A stretch of DNA of 64,000 nucleotides, taken from Phycisphaerae bacterium (lineage in GTDB: Bacteria > Planctomycetota > Phycisphaerae > UBA1845). Under the pieces are notes generated by a model, which saw nothing but the letters and a program-made list of their open reading frames with translations, was not told where the DNA came from and made no database searches. The DNA lies in NCBI GenBank assembly GCA_963666835.2, contig CAXXGO010000006.1, forward strand, positions 1,312,001 to 1,376,000, in the 5' to 3' direction. Shown here piece by piece: positions 1-10,442 of this stretch. Position 1 is the stretch's first letter, and each line of letters begins with the position of its first letter. Position numbers and translations under genes: made by a program.

Positions 1-9
1 TGCCCTCAT

Positions 10-156
10 TCAAAATAGAAAGGCCGCCGCGGCGTTTCGCAGCAGGTCCGTTACGAAGGTCTCGCACTGCTCCGGCACGGTGCAGCCGCTGAGCAGCGTC
101 AGTCCCGCCGAGACTGCCAGGGCCAGGTCCTTCAGTTTCAGGGGATGTTGCTTCAC
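10..156 (-). CDS. small predicted lipoprotein (48 aa)
   Basis: GTG start overlaps the TolC stop (GTGA). Sequence MKQHPLKLKDLALAVSAGLTLLSGC carries a lipobox LSGC. The next ATG begins at 8. Confidence 0.6.
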   Translation of the reverse strand: MKQHPLKLKDLALAVSAGLTLLSGCTVPEQCETFVTDLLRNAAAAFLF

Positions 157-1670
157 GGTTCCACTCCGCTTGGGTTGGTTTCTCTTTCGTTCTGAATGGC
201 CGCGGCTCGACGGATGAGGTCGTCGAGAGGTTGACACGTAATCCGATCCAGCTCGGCCACCGCCTCGGCCGCTTCCCGGGCGGCTACCGCTTGATGACTG
301 CGACTATCGAGGAACTGTCGTTGGGCTTCGAGGACCGCCAGAAATGAAGTCTGTCCCGCTCGGTAAGCGGTCTGTGACAGCTCCAGATTCCGCTGCGCGA
401 TGGGCACGGCCCGCTCTCGGTAAGTCCCGGCCAAACGCCACGAGGAGAGGGCTCGGTCAACCCCGCTGCGTACCTCCTGCACGGCAGCCAGCTCCAGCGC
501 TTCAGCTTTCTTCACTGCCTGTTCGAACGCGAACTCGGCCTTGGCGATCTGCGCCTGGTTCTGGTCGAAGATGGGCAGCTCGATCTCCAAGGTTGGTCCG
601 ATGGTGATATCCGTGTGCTCACGCCCGGCGCTGCGAGGTTCGATTTCCGGGGCCGTCAACCGGCCGTTCGCCAGAGACGCTCGGGCGGTATCCGCCAGGA
701 GGTTCCTGCCGCCCTCGGCCTGCCTCTTCTCCCGTTCGACGGCCAGACCCAAACTGATACTCTGGAGGACGCGGCGACGCTCGGTGTTCAGCGCTTCCTT
801 GGCTCGAGCCACGTCCAGCCGTGCGGCCTGGATGTCGAGGCAGGCGGCGCAGGCCAGCTCGATCAGAATGTCGTTGTCGGGCAGTCCAGCGGGAATCTCG
901 GGATATCCATCGATCAGGACGAGGGAGTCGGCGTTCAGGGTCAACGCCAGCAGGCGGGCCAGTTTTCGACGGGCTTCGGCTGCGGCGAGACGGGTGGCTT
1001 CCTCCGCGAGTTCCGAATCCAGGACCACGCCGCGGGCCAGATTGACGTCCAGCTCGGACGCGGCTCCGGCTCCGAGCCGGGCGTCGGCGAGATCGAGGAC
1101 CTTCTGGGCGATCGTGATGTCTTCCCGGCTCAGAGCGTAGAGGCGTTCGGCTCCGATCGCACGGTAATACGCCGTCTTAACGTCGGCGGCGAGGTCGGTC
1201 GCATAGCGCGCCAGTTCGAGGATCTCCCGCTCGAGTGCTTGCTCCGCCGCTCGTTTGCGGGGCGGAATCTGCCACAGTTCCGCGATGTTCTGGGTGATTC
1301 CGAAGTCCAGGCCTGCCAGTCCGCCCCCGGCGGGGAACCCGGCTGTGATTCCCAGGGACGGGTTCGACAGGATACTCGCTTGGACGACGTCCGCCCGAGC
1401 CATTCCCAGGTCCATAAAGGCGGCTTGAAGCGTACGGTTGTTCAACAACGCGATTTCGACCGCCTCGTCCGTGGTGAGTCCCGATAAGAGGAGTTCTTCG
1501 ACGCGTTGTCGGCCGAGTTCCTCCTCGCCCGGTTCGTAGATGCGCCCTTGGCCGGTGCTGGCGGCGATTCTCTGGGCCGCTTGGTTGTAGTCCGGTTTGG
1601 GGTCCACCGTGGCGCAGCCGCTGCCCAGCATTACAAGGGAGCAGGCAACAATGGCCTGTTTTCGAAGCAT
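153..1670 (-). CDS. TolC-family outer membrane efflux lipoprotein
   Basis: 505 aa with lipobox GSGC, two OEP-like halves, ELPIFDQNQAQI and YRAGQTSFLAVLEAQR motifs. Confidence 0.9.
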   Translation of the reverse strand: MLRKQAIVACSLVMLGSGCATVDPKPDYNQAAQRIAASTGQGRIYEPGEEELGRQRVEELLLSGLTTDEAVEIALLNNRTLQAAFMDLGMARADVVQASILSNPSLGITAGFPAGGGLAGLDFGITQNIAELWQIPPRKRAAEQALEREILELARYATDLAADVKTAYYRAIGAERLYALSREDITIAQKVLDLADARLGAGAASELDVNLARGVVLDSELAEEATRLAAAEARRKLARLLALTLNADSLVLIDGYPEIPAGLPDNDILIELACAACLDIQAARLDVARAKEALNTERRRVLQSISLGLAVEREKRQAEGGRNLLADTARASLANGRLTAPEIEPRSAGREHTDITIGPTLEIELPIFDQNQAQIAKAEFAFEQAVKKAEALELAAVQEVRSGVDRALSSWRLAGTYRERAVPIAQRNLELSQTAYRAGQTSFLAVLEAQRQFLDSRSHQAVAAREAAEAVAELDRITCQPLDDLIRRAAAIQNERETNPSGVEP

Positions 1671-1792
1671 GGCAATCAGCTCCTTGATTATGGCGACAAC
1701 ACTCTCTCGGTCGGCGCGTAGGCCCTAATGGCGAAAAGCGGCGCGAACCAAGGCTAAACCCTGGGCGCGGAGCGTGCGGGCAGGACGGGGGA

Positions 1793-2146
1793 TCAAATCA
1801 AGAGCGGGATGTCAGACGGCGCGTAGGGTGCGGTCGGGCCGCGTGCCGAAAGGTCCGGCGGTCGGGCTCCGGCGGCAAGCGCCGAGTTCTGCAGCGTCGT
1901 AGACGATCCTGTCAGGATCGGGCATTCGGTCGGGGTTGATACTCGTGAGCGGCCGGCCATGCCGGGGGTGTGGGCAACGACGGCGTCGCAGGGATCACCG
2001 GGGCACGAAGGCCCGTGCTCACAATCGGAGTCGCCTTCTTCGTGGTGATGGTGCGCAGAGCCCAGGCACTCGCCGTTACATAGCATGGGCGACGCAACCA
2101 GCGCCCAGGCCGACAGGGCAATCGATAGTACCTTTATCCCTACCAT
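1793..2146 (-). CDS. small His/Cys-rich exported protein, probable metal-binding leader gene of the efflux locus
   Basis: Hydrophobic N-terminus, then LCNGEC, HHHHEE, CEHGPSCPGDPC and a C-terminal PLLI. Lies upstream of TolC on the same strand. Confidence 0.6.
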   Translation of the reverse strand: MVGIKVLSIALSAWALVASPMLCNGECLGSAHHHHEEGDSDCEHGPSCPGDPCDAVVAHTPGMAGRSRVSTPTECPILTGSSTTLQNSALAAGARPPDLSARGPTAPYAPSDIPLLI

Positions 2147-2427
2147 ACTACGTTGAGCCTAGAAGTCTCCGGCGGTCGCGTCAACGTCGGCGGCGTAACG
2201 CTTCAGTCACAGACCGGTTATCGGTTGCTCTGACGACGGGCTTCGCGTGGCGGGCACCGTTCGAGGGCGGGTTTCCTCTTTGGGCAGGCTCCTCCTGCGG
2301 TCCCGCGCGGTAGCCGAGGTTCGCCCCATAATGCCTCTGGCGCGATGCGGTTCCCATTCGGCTGCTGGATAGGTGAGCCGGCAGGGTTGACTCGGCGGTC
2401 GCGCCCTGCTTCAATGCGGCCCTGTGA

Positions 2428-2500
<73 letters not shown>

Positions 2501-2651
2501 GTCTTCGAGGTGCCTGTCCGACGAGCGGCGGTCTTCACCGCCTGGCTGAGTCTATCCCCGTGATTCGGTGCAGGTGTTCGACGCTCTCCATCTGACGAAG
2601 TAGCTCGTGATCCTCGATCGGTCTCTCGCCAGCCGCCGGAATGAAGAGCGG

Positions 2652-3508
2652 GTAGGGTCCGCTCTGCGGACCGTTTGTTCTTAGAGCGGCGTCGGGGAAC
2701 GAAACCGGCCACAACGACGCGCATCGCGAGAAGACATGCCACCGGTGCGGCTCGGGCGTCTTAGCCCCAACCGATCTTGACAATTGTCGCACCGTGCCGG
2801 TGAACAATTGTCGAGATAGTAGGGGCGGCACTTCGAGATTCGCTGAGGTTTCGGTCGTCGCCAAGGCGCTCCCTCGTATGATATCAAACCACCGGCGACG
2901 AACTCGAACACCGTAGCCCTCTGCCGCCCCGAGGGGCTAGGTGTGAAACGACACTACATTCCCCCAGGCTTACGCCATGGGGCTGGAGGACCTGTCGCCC
3001 CAAGGGGCTTGATGCTGCCTTACGATGTGGTAAACACGCTTGCATCGGCGAGCGAACCGGTCCGCAAAGCGGACCCTGCCTCGACTTGTTGGCCCGTGAG
3101 GTGGCATGAGGTCGACATGTTCTCGCGCGCCGGGCGAGGTTGCGGCAGGTCTCGTGCCTCGACCGTGCCCTTACGATGTCGTAACCACATTGACATCAGC
3201 GAGCGAATCTGTCAGCGGAGTGGACACTTCCGGCTCCACGGGTCAACAAGTTGACCCATGCCACCCAGGTGGCAGAGGGTAGGGCCCGCTCTCCGGACCG
3301 TTTGTCCTCAGGGTGGGATTGAAGGGCGAGACCTACGCGATCGTCGCCGATCATCGGCTCCCCCACGTCCAGCGGGGAGGACGTTGAATTACCCGCGAGG
3401 GTTCGGAGCACACGCCAAAGACAAAAGGACGTGGGCCACCCGGCCAGAACATCAACTGACAAACACGGCCTGCCGGTTCCACGGGTCAGCAAGTTGACCC
3501 ATGCCACA
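2652..3508. repeat. cluster of several REP-like palindromic repeat families
   Basis: GTAGGG(T/C)CCGCTCT(G/C)CGGACCGTT at ~2652 and ~3279. CACGGGTCA(A/G)CAAGTTGACCCATGCCAC at 3237 and 3480. GGCAGGTCTCGTGCCTCGACCGTGCCCTTAC at 3144. Confidence 0.75.
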
Positions 3509-3571
3509 CGGGTGGCAGGCTTGCAGGGCTCGTGGCATTCCGGGGATTGGGACTACGGGTAGCGCGTATGT

Positions 3572-4357
3572 TCAACGGCCCACGCCGACTGCGAGTAGCA
3601 GCCCGAGTCCGACGAGCAGGACTGACACCACTTGACTGAACTGCCGTTCGGAGATGCGGTGGTGGATGATCGTGCCGATGAAGACCCCGGCTACTGAACC
3701 GGGAAGAAGCAGGACGGCCGCCCAGATGCGATCCGCAGTCAGCAGGCCGGCCGCGATGTAGGTCACCGCGCGCAGCAGGCTCATCAATAGGAAATACGTC
3801 AGAATAGTCGATCGGAACGTACTCTTGTCCAGGCGGCAGGCGCGCAGGAAGACGATCACCGGGGGGCCTCCCGTGCCGAACATGGCCCCCAGCAGCCCGG
3901 AGAGCAGCCCGACCGGGACCGAGATCCACGAGGTTCTCGAAGATGGCGAGGACGCGCCGGCGGAGTCTCGGCGATCGCGGCGGATTCGAGTATCGAAGAT
4001 GAAGTACAATCCCGCTCCTGCCACCACCAATCCCAGGAACCGCTTAAGCAGGCCGACATCGGTCGAGACCAAAGCCTGCGTCCCCAGCCACAAGCCCAAG
4101 GCCATCCCCGGTACGAGCCAGCCCACCAGCCGGATTCGCGCTCGCTGCCAATTGCGGGAGAGGACCGAGATTTCGGTGACCAGGGTGACGATCAGCAGGA
4201 CGACGACGGCCCCGGTCAGATCAGGCAGCACCAACGCCATCAACGTCACCGCGAACATGCCGGCCCCGAAACCGATCGTGGCGTAGATTAGCTGAGCCCC
4301 GGCCATGATCAGGGCACAGGCGATGAAGGTCGGCAGATTGTCGAACAGTTCTGGCAT
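3572..4357 (-). CDS. TauE/SafE (TSUP) family membrane transporter
   Basis: About 8 TM segments, with GFGAG and GAMFGTGGPP motifs. Confidence 0.9.
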   Translation of the reverse strand: MPELFDNLPTFIACALIMAGAQLIYATIGFGAGMFAVTLMALVLPDLTGAVVVLLIVTLVTEISVLSRNWQRARIRLVGWLVPGMALGLWLGTQALVSTDVGLLKRFLGLVVAGAGLYFIFDTRIRRDRRDSAGASSPSSRTSWISVPVGLLSGLLGAMFGTGGPPVIVFLRACRLDKSTFRSTILTYFLLMSLLRAVTYIAAGLLTADRIWAAVLLLPGSVAGVFIGTIIHHRISERQFSQVVSVLLVGLGLLLAVGVGR

Positions 4358-4493
4358 TGGATAGGCAGATTAGCGGTGTTCGAGCCGCAAAGCGAGCGAT
4401 GGTTGATTATCCCGCCGGTTGGATTTGAGCGCGGGGCTCGCGGCCCGCACCGGAGATGTGATGCCTGTCTTCCGCCGAGTGGCGTCGGCGTTT

Positions 4494-4581
4494 GTAGGGC
4501 AGCGTCGAGGCACGAGACCTGCCAAGAAAGCGCGGGTCGCGCGAATATTGTGGCAGGCCTCGTGCCTCGACCGTGCCCTAC
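4494..4581. repeat. inverted pair of GTAG-type REP elements (BIME-like)
   Basis: GTAGGGCAGCGTCGAGGCACGAGACCTGCCA (4494-4524) and a reverse-complement copy (4551-4581). Confidence 0.8.
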
Positions 4582-4760
4582 TGGACGATGCGCGATTCTG
4601 CCACGGCTAGCGCGGCGCAGTCATGACTTCTTCGATGCCCATGTTTTCGACTCGCTTTCGGAGTGCATTGCCGTAATGGAGATGAAGAGGAGGTCAACGC
4701 GCAACTCCTTGTCCCAACAGGAGTACGGGTTTTTCGGGATGGACAACGGTCCACACGTTC

Positions 4761-5621
4761 TTAGAACTCAGGCTCAGCGGGAAACAGTGAATCTCGATTC
4801 TCCATGAGTTCTTCGCAGGAATCGATGTCATCTGAGACCGGTATCAGAATGATCGGATTAAGGCCCGGGTCGCGCCGCTGGGGTGGGTTGTTTGGCACGT
4901 CCAGGATTGCGAGCGATGCGCCAATCACGAGCTGCTCCGAGTCATCGATAACGCTGCCCCGCAGACTGCCATCGGAGTAGAGCGTCAAATTGTTTGCGAA
5001 TATCTCACGCCGAGCGATGTAGATCTCACCTTCAATAAGGCCGAACAATCTTACGACCACTGTCACACCCGGCTTTCCGTCGTTGTCGTCGTCGCTGATC
5101 AGGGGATCGTTGCGGTCCATCGAGAGTGGTACGTTTGGGTCACCGTCTATGCCGTTGAGCGTCGGCGTCGCTGGACGCCATACCTTCCACACACCGTTCT
5201 CCTCATACACCTCGACGATTGCACCAGGGGGCTGAATGGCCTGTGTGGCTGCATCGGAGAAGAACGTGTCGAAGGGCTGGTTGGCGATATACTCGGCATG
5301 GCAGAAGCTGTCGAACGCGACAAGCTCTCCGTCTTCGATGATCAGGTCCGTGAAGCCATACGAGACGATGAACGTCGCTAGCGGGCCGTTGGCCGTCTCG
5401 CCGTCGTAGGCGACGATGTCGTAGTGGGCGTAGTGTCCCGCCATGGCCGCCATGGCCTCTTCCTTGCTCGCCGGTGCGACCCAATCTGGATCGTTCGCGG
5501 GCGTTTCATACAGTGGGCTTTCCGGCCAGGGCAGCGGCCTCGAACATCCGCATCCGACAAGAAAGAGACAGCCGGTGACCATTGTGGTTAACGGCAATAC
5601 GCAAGCAAATGGCGTCAACAT
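4761..5621 (-). CDS. hypothetical acidic exported or lipoprotein
   Basis: GGAGGA RBS before ATG 5621, hydrophobic N-terminus with Cys, DDDNDGKPGVT Ca-binding-like loop. Confidence 0.75.
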   Translation of the reverse strand: MLTPFACVLPLTTMVTGCLFLVGCGCSRPLPWPESPLYETPANDPDWVAPASKEEAMAAMAGHYAHYDIVAYDGETANGPLATFIVSYGFTDLIIEDGELVAFDSFCHAEYIANQPFDTFFSDAATQAIQPPGAIVEVYEENGVWKVWRPATPTLNGIDGDPNVPLSMDRNDPLISDDDNDGKPGVTVVVRLFGLIEGEIYIARREIFANNLTLYSDGSLRGSVIDDSEQLVIGASLAILDVPNNPPQRRDPGLNPIILIPVSDDIDSCEELMENRDSLFPAEPEF

Positions 5622-5782
5622 CTCAAATCCTCCGTCTGGATCCAACACGGTTGTAAGCCTCAAGCAATCATACGATAGACTGCCCACTACGCAACACTGC
5701 TTTTGGGTCTAGACTGTGGCGAGCACGGAGTGGCACATTGAACGTAGGGTAACCGTTCACGGGGTCCACACCCTGAAAAACA

Positions 5783-7326
5783 GCCTCCTCAGCAGAATTT
5801 GTGGTGGATTTTCGGTTCGGGTAGTTTGCCAAGTGCGTGATATAGGGCGACTTCCGCGGCCTTTAGCTCTCGAAAGCCGTAGGCTCTTCTGATGGTCAGT
5901 TTGACCTTGTTGTTGAGTCCCTCCACGATCCCGGACGAATACTGCTTTCTCGCCGCAAACCAATTCAAGATCAGGTTCTCATGAGCACGCAGACTGCGCG
6001 CGACTTTCTTAATCGGTTCAAGCCGGCTGCGCATGGCCCGTTGAATCCACCCCTTCAGAAATCGTCCTGCCCAGTGGTATGACTCGTAATCCCAGAGCGC
6101 CTGGAAGCTGTCCTTGAGCAGGTAGGCCCGGATGCTCTTGAGGTTGTATCGCATCAGTTCGCTGAGCTTGGCTCCCTGTTTGTTCGTCAGGTTCGCGGGA
6201 CGCTTCAGCAGGCACCACCGGCTGTGCTTCAGCACCGGGTCGAAACCTTCGCGTGCCAGTTCCTTCGCCTCGGCCGCCCGGACCTCGTCAACCGCCTTGT
6301 TCAGCCTGGCCACGATGTGGAACCGATCCAGAATGTGAATCGCGTCGGGGATCTTCTTCCGGATCACGCGCAGGTAGGGCTGCCACATATCGCTGCAGAC
6401 GTAACGGATTCCGGCTGATCGCGGCTTGCCCATCATGCGAAAGAAACGCAGGAAGCTCTTGGCGGTGCGATCCTGCCCGATCCACAGCAGACGCCGGCAC
6501 GAGTTCTCAATCTGGTAGACCAACGTCAGATACCGATGTCCTTTTTGGAACTGAATCTCATCGACGCCGATGGCGGCGACGTTGTCCAAATCCCGGTGTT
6601 TCAGGCCGTATTCGACGACCCAGGCAACCGAGCGGTAGACCGTGTCCCAGCTGGTCTTGAACACCGTGGCCACCTCTTTCCAACTCAGGCGGCGCGCCCA
6701 CCGAGCGAGGAACAGCGCGTGAGCGTTGGTGATTCGCTTCTTACCGTCCGCCCAAGGCAACAGTTCGACCTTCACGCCGCAATCCTCGCACTTGACGCGG
6801 CGGGGTGCGTAGAGCATCACAACCGGCAAGGCCCACAGCGGAATGAACGAGAACGATCGTCTCGGCATTCGGTCGTAGGCCTTGCCTCGGCGGCCGCAAC
6901 CCGAGCAGAACGGACGGCTGCCGCGTCGCGGCCGGATTTCGCCTTCCAGCGTCATGGGATCCGAATCACGGAATCGAACGTCTCCGTAGACGAAGCCCTT
7001 GACTTTGTGGACGCGATTGAGGATGGTCTTCACTTGCATCGTTCGTTTTCTCCGGGTTGATGTCTTCGCAAACACCAATTTACCGGATTCTCGAACGATG
7101 CACTTCTTTTGTCCCGGACACAAGCCGGCCTCTGCCCGTTCCGTCACGTAAACCAAACGCTGCCTCCAGGCCCCTGTAGCTCCGTCACCCTCGGCGTCGG
7201 TCTCACCCGACTAGGGCCGACGCCGAGGGGGACGGTGCGGAAGGGGCCGCCCCGGACAGCTCCCGAGCCGGAGGCCGAGGATCACCTCAACCTATGAAAT
7301 CCTTCCACAGATTCGGCGGAAGAACC
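5783..7326 (-). mobile_element. ISL3-family insertion sequence, complete, 1544 bp
   Basis: Imperfect TIRs GCCTCCTCAGCAGAATTTGTGG / GGTTCTTCCGCCGAATCTGTGG. 8-bp TSD GAAAAACA at 5775-5782 and 7327-7334. Transposase is intact. Confidence 0.95.
5789..7039 (-). CDS. ISL3-family transposase
   Basis: CSGC/CEDC zinc finger, IGVDE, CSDMW, DRFH and VEGLNNKVK motifs. Start MQVKT at 7039. Confidence 0.95.
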   Translation of the reverse strand: MQVKTILNRVHKVKGFVYGDVRFRDSDPMTLEGEIRPRRGSRPFCSGCGRRGKAYDRMPRRSFSFIPLWALPVVMLYAPRRVKCEDCGVKVELLPWADGKKRITNAHALFLARWARRLSWKEVATVFKTSWDTVYRSVAWVVEYGLKHRDLDNVAAIGVDEIQFQKGHRYLTLVYQIENSCRRLLWIGQDRTAKSFLRFFRMMGKPRSAGIRYVCSDMWQPYLRVIRKKIPDAIHILDRFHIVARLNKAVDEVRAAEAKELAREGFDPVLKHSRWCLLKRPANLTNKQGAKLSELMRYNLKSIRAYLLKDSFQALWDYESYHWAGRFLKGWIQRAMRSRLEPIKKVARSLRAHENLILNWFAARKQYSSGIVEGLNNKVKLTIRRAYGFRELKAAEVALYHALGKLPEPKIHHKFC

Positions 7327-7444
7327 GAAAAACAAGGGTTTTCCGTCGTAGTCGGTTCAGAAAAGTGCTCGAATCAGGTCCGCGGCGCCTGCATAAACTC
7401 CGTCTGGAGAGCGCCAGAGCCGATTCGACCCCGTGAACGGTTAC

Positions 7445-8053
7445 AACGTAGGCATACCTATCTCGACGATCAAGATTGTCAATGACCTTCTGCAGTTCGA
7501 CGACCTCAATCGGGCATTCAGGCCAGTTGTGCTTCCAACAGACGATTACGTCGCAGGCGTTGGGGTCGTGACCGTGGTCACGAGAGTTCCGGGACCGGAA
7601 CTCGAACTCAATCCGAACTCGCTGCCAGCGTTCATTCCGTTGGTCAATGCGCCTCTTGGCTTCGCAATCTGGGAATGTCGCATGAACGGCCTCGACGATG
7701 TATCCTAGTTCATCGCTGACCATTCCGAACAGGAACACTACGCCTTGCTCATTGATGGGCGTGCGTTTGAAACCTTCGCCATGGAGTTTGGCCTTGTTTA
7801 TGACAATCGAGGCGTAGATGAAATCAAATTCGCGCACGCACTCAAAGAACGCTTTGCGCACATGGTCCTTTCTGGCGACGAAATGATACTCATGCGTGCG
7901 ACCTTGGCGAAGGGCAAGACGTTCTATCGCGCGAGCGCAGCGAGTTGCCTCGTGACGATCCATGAAGAGCACCGCGGCAACCACGAAATACGCGGAGGAG
8001 TTCTCCTTGAGTTTCAGCCCCGTGTCGCCGGACTCGTCAACGAAAACTAGCAT
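7445..8053 (-). pseudogene. chimeric ORF: DUF3800-like N-terminus fused to an endonuclease-like C-terminal domain, 3' end hit by the MITE
   Basis: MLVFVDESGDTG...YFVVAAV, then an abrupt switch near 7766 to PINEQGVVFLFG...FPDCEAKR...VRIEFEFRS...HGHD...CDVIVCWKHNW. Confidence 0.6.
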
Positions 8054-8412
8054 CCGCGCCTTATTCCACTCGGATTGGGAAACATAGAAGCCTGGTAAAC
8101 CAAGATCCTCGATGAACCAACCGGTTTTATTGTCCCCCAGCATCCCGTGCGGACGTGCGATGGCTGGGTGATCCGTCTCGAACTCATCCGACTCTCTTGT
8201 CAGAAGCAGGCGTGGTGGAGTACACATACATCATTGGAACTGGCTGGCCTTGAAGGCGCTCGCGCCTGGCTAGCTTTCAGGCATCCCCCGACACTTCGCA
8301 ACCACGTTTCGCCCTCGCCCGGTCCTTGAGGTTAGGTTTTTGCCAGGGCTGCCGACGATCCATGAGTCGCTCGTATTCCTATACCTTTCTGAGTTTAGAG
8401 CAAGGAAACGCA

Positions 8413-8508
8413 CGGGAGTGGATGGGAATCGAACCCACCAGGAGCCGCGTAAACGACCCCTCAACGGCTTTGAAGGCCGCGGGACCCACCAGGTGTCCGG
8501 ACACTCCC
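8413..8508 (-). tRNA. selC: tRNA-Sec(TCA)
   Basis: 96 nt with GGGAGTG/CACTCCC acceptor, extended D-stem, GCGGC-CTTCAAA-GCCGT anticodon arm, long variable arm and TTCGATT T-loop. Confidence 0.93.
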
Positions 8509-8702
8509 GGGTAGTGGGTCGGAATGTACCATGATCGGCCCACGGATCAACTTCGGGCCACGAGCAACCCGGCGGGGACGTGTTCAAAAGGAGAAGCAAA
8601 GCACCGCGGAGGTTAACGATATCCGCCTTCAATCGATGGCAGGTCTCGTTCCTCGACCGTGCCCTACCAAGCTGACCCTGCACGGGTCAAACAGCCACGA
8701 CG

Positions 8703-10442
8703 TCAGGCGGAAACCGAACTTACGTTCTCAAGGAAGCCCTCGAGCTTGCGGGCGCGGACCGGGTGCTGCAGCTTCCGGATGGCCTTGGCTTCAACCTGGC
8801 GGACGCGCTCGCGGGTGACCTTGAAGATCTTGCCGACCTCTTCGAGCGTATAGGTGTAGCCGTCCCCGATGCCGTAGCGGAGTTTGATAATCTCGCGCTC
8901 GCGGTACGTGAGTGTCTTGAGCACTTCTTCCACGCGGTCCTTGAGCATCTCCCCACCGGCCGTCGAAACCGGGGAATCGGCACTGTCGTCTTCGATGAAA
9001 TCGCCGAAGTACGAATCCTCGCTCTCGCCTACCGGGCGGTCCAGCGATATCGGATGACGGGAGATCTTCAGAACGCGCCGGGCTTCGCTTACCGGCATCT
9101 TCGCGCGGCGGGCGATTTCGTCGATGGTCGGCTCGCGGCCGATCTCCTGCAGAAGCTCTTTGCTGATATTGCGCAGCCGGCTCATCGTCTCGATCATGTG
9201 GACGGGGATCCGGATCGTCCGCGCGTGATCGGCAATCGCCCGGGTGATCGCCTGACGAATCCACCACGTGGCGTACGTGCTGAACTTGTAGCCGCGCTTG
9301 TACTCGTATTTGTCCACCGCCCGCATCAGCCCGGTGTTGCCCTCCTGGATGATGTCCAGAAAGCTCAGCCCGCGATTGCGATACTTCTTCGCAATGCTGA
9401 CCACCAACCGAAGGTTCCCGCCGGAGAGCTTCCGCTTGGCGTCCTCATACTCGCTGAAGACGCGGCGGATGGACTTGAGGCGGTCGGCCAGAGATTCCGA
9501 TTGCTGCAAGCACAACGACTCCAGCCCGGAAAGCTCTTCCTGCATGGCCTGCAGATCCTCGTCCGGCATGGTCTGCCGTTTGTTCTGCCCGGCGATGTGC
9601 CTTTCGAGTTCCCTCATTTTGCGATGCAGCCCAACCAGTCGCTTCATCAGCGGCTGAATACGGCTCGTGCGCAGGGACAGCTCTTCCAGAAGCTTCGAGA
9701 TTTTCCGACGGCGCTCGCGGATTCCCCGACTAAGAGCCCGGCGCGTGGCGGCCGCCAGTCGGCTGGCCTGCAACTGGCGCCAAGCCTCTTCGTTACGCTC
9801 CATTAAAGCTCGAACCGTCTCAAGGTTCACGGGGATTCGGGCGCTGATCCGAGACTTCGCCGCGTGCTCCGACGTGGAGATCTTCATCGTCCGGTCGAAC
9901 GGCAAACGGCTGTCATGGACCTGCTGCAGAATATCCACCGCCAAGCCCGCGCAGTAATCGCTCTTGAGCACCTTCTGCCGGAACGCCATCCGGGTCAGCT
10001 CAATCTTCTTCGCGAGACGGATCTCTTCGGGCCGGGTCAGGAGTGGAATCTCACCCATCTGGGTAAGGTACATTCGCACCGGATCGTCGATCCGCTTGGC
10101 CCCGACCTCATCGGTCAAAACCTTGGTGAGGTTCTTCGCCCGGGCATCTCCGTCGAAATCGGCATCTTGCTCGTCGTCTTTCGAAGCCTCACTCGCTCTG
10201 GTCTCGGCCGCTTGCCGCGCGTGCCGCCGGGCTTCGATCTCGTCCAGAGTCTCGATCTTGGCCTCTTCGAGCCGGACCATGATCATTTCCAGCCGGGCCG
10301 GGTCGATGGCATCATCCGGGAGGATCTCATTCATCTCTTCCCAGGTGACATAGCCTCGTTTCTTACCCAGACCCAGCAGCTCGTCTACCGCGACCTGGAT
10401 TGGGTCCGGCTCGTTACCTTGTTGGTCCATAGCGTCGATCAT
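8703..10442 (-). CDS. rpoD: primary RNA polymerase sigma-70 factor
   Basis: Region 1.1 present, [40 protein letters not shown] and [12 protein letters not shown] motifs. Confidence 0.97.
   Translation of the reverse strand: MIDAMDQQGNEPDPIQVAVDELLGLGKKRGYVTWEEMNEILPDDAIDPARLEMIMVRLEEAKIETLDEIEARRHARQAAETRASEASKDDEQDADFDGDARAKNLTKVLTDEVGAKRIDDPVRMYLTQMGEIPLLTRPEEIRLAKKIELTRMAFRQKVLKSDYCAGLAVDILQQVHDSRLPFDRTMKISTSEHAAKSRISARIPVNLETVRALMERNEEAWRQLQASRLAAATRRALSRGIRERRRKISKLLEELSLRTSRIQPLMKRLVGLHRKMRELERHIAGQNKRQTMPDEDLQAMQEELSGLESLCLQQSESLADRLKSIRRVFSEYEDAKRKLSGGNLRLVVSIAKKYRNRGLSFLDIIQEGNTGLMRAVDKYEYKRGYKFSTYATWWIRQAITRAIADHARTIRIPVHMIETMSRLRNISKELLQEIGREPTIDEIARRAKMPVSEARRVLKISRHPISLDRPVGESEDSYFGDFIEDDSADSPVSTAGGEMLKDRVEEVLKTLTYREREIIKLRYGIGDGYTYTLEEVGKIFKVTRERVRQVEAKAIRKLQHPVRARKLEGFLENVSSVSA

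Larger units (their letters stand above)
5749..7444. mobile_element. 144-bp MITE interrupted by ISL3
   Basis: Perfect 18-bp TIR GTAACCGTTCACGGGGTC (5749-5766) / GACCCCGTGAACGGTTAC (7427-7444), flanked by 8-bp direct repeat AACGTAGG (5741-5748 and 7445-7452). Confidence 0.88.
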
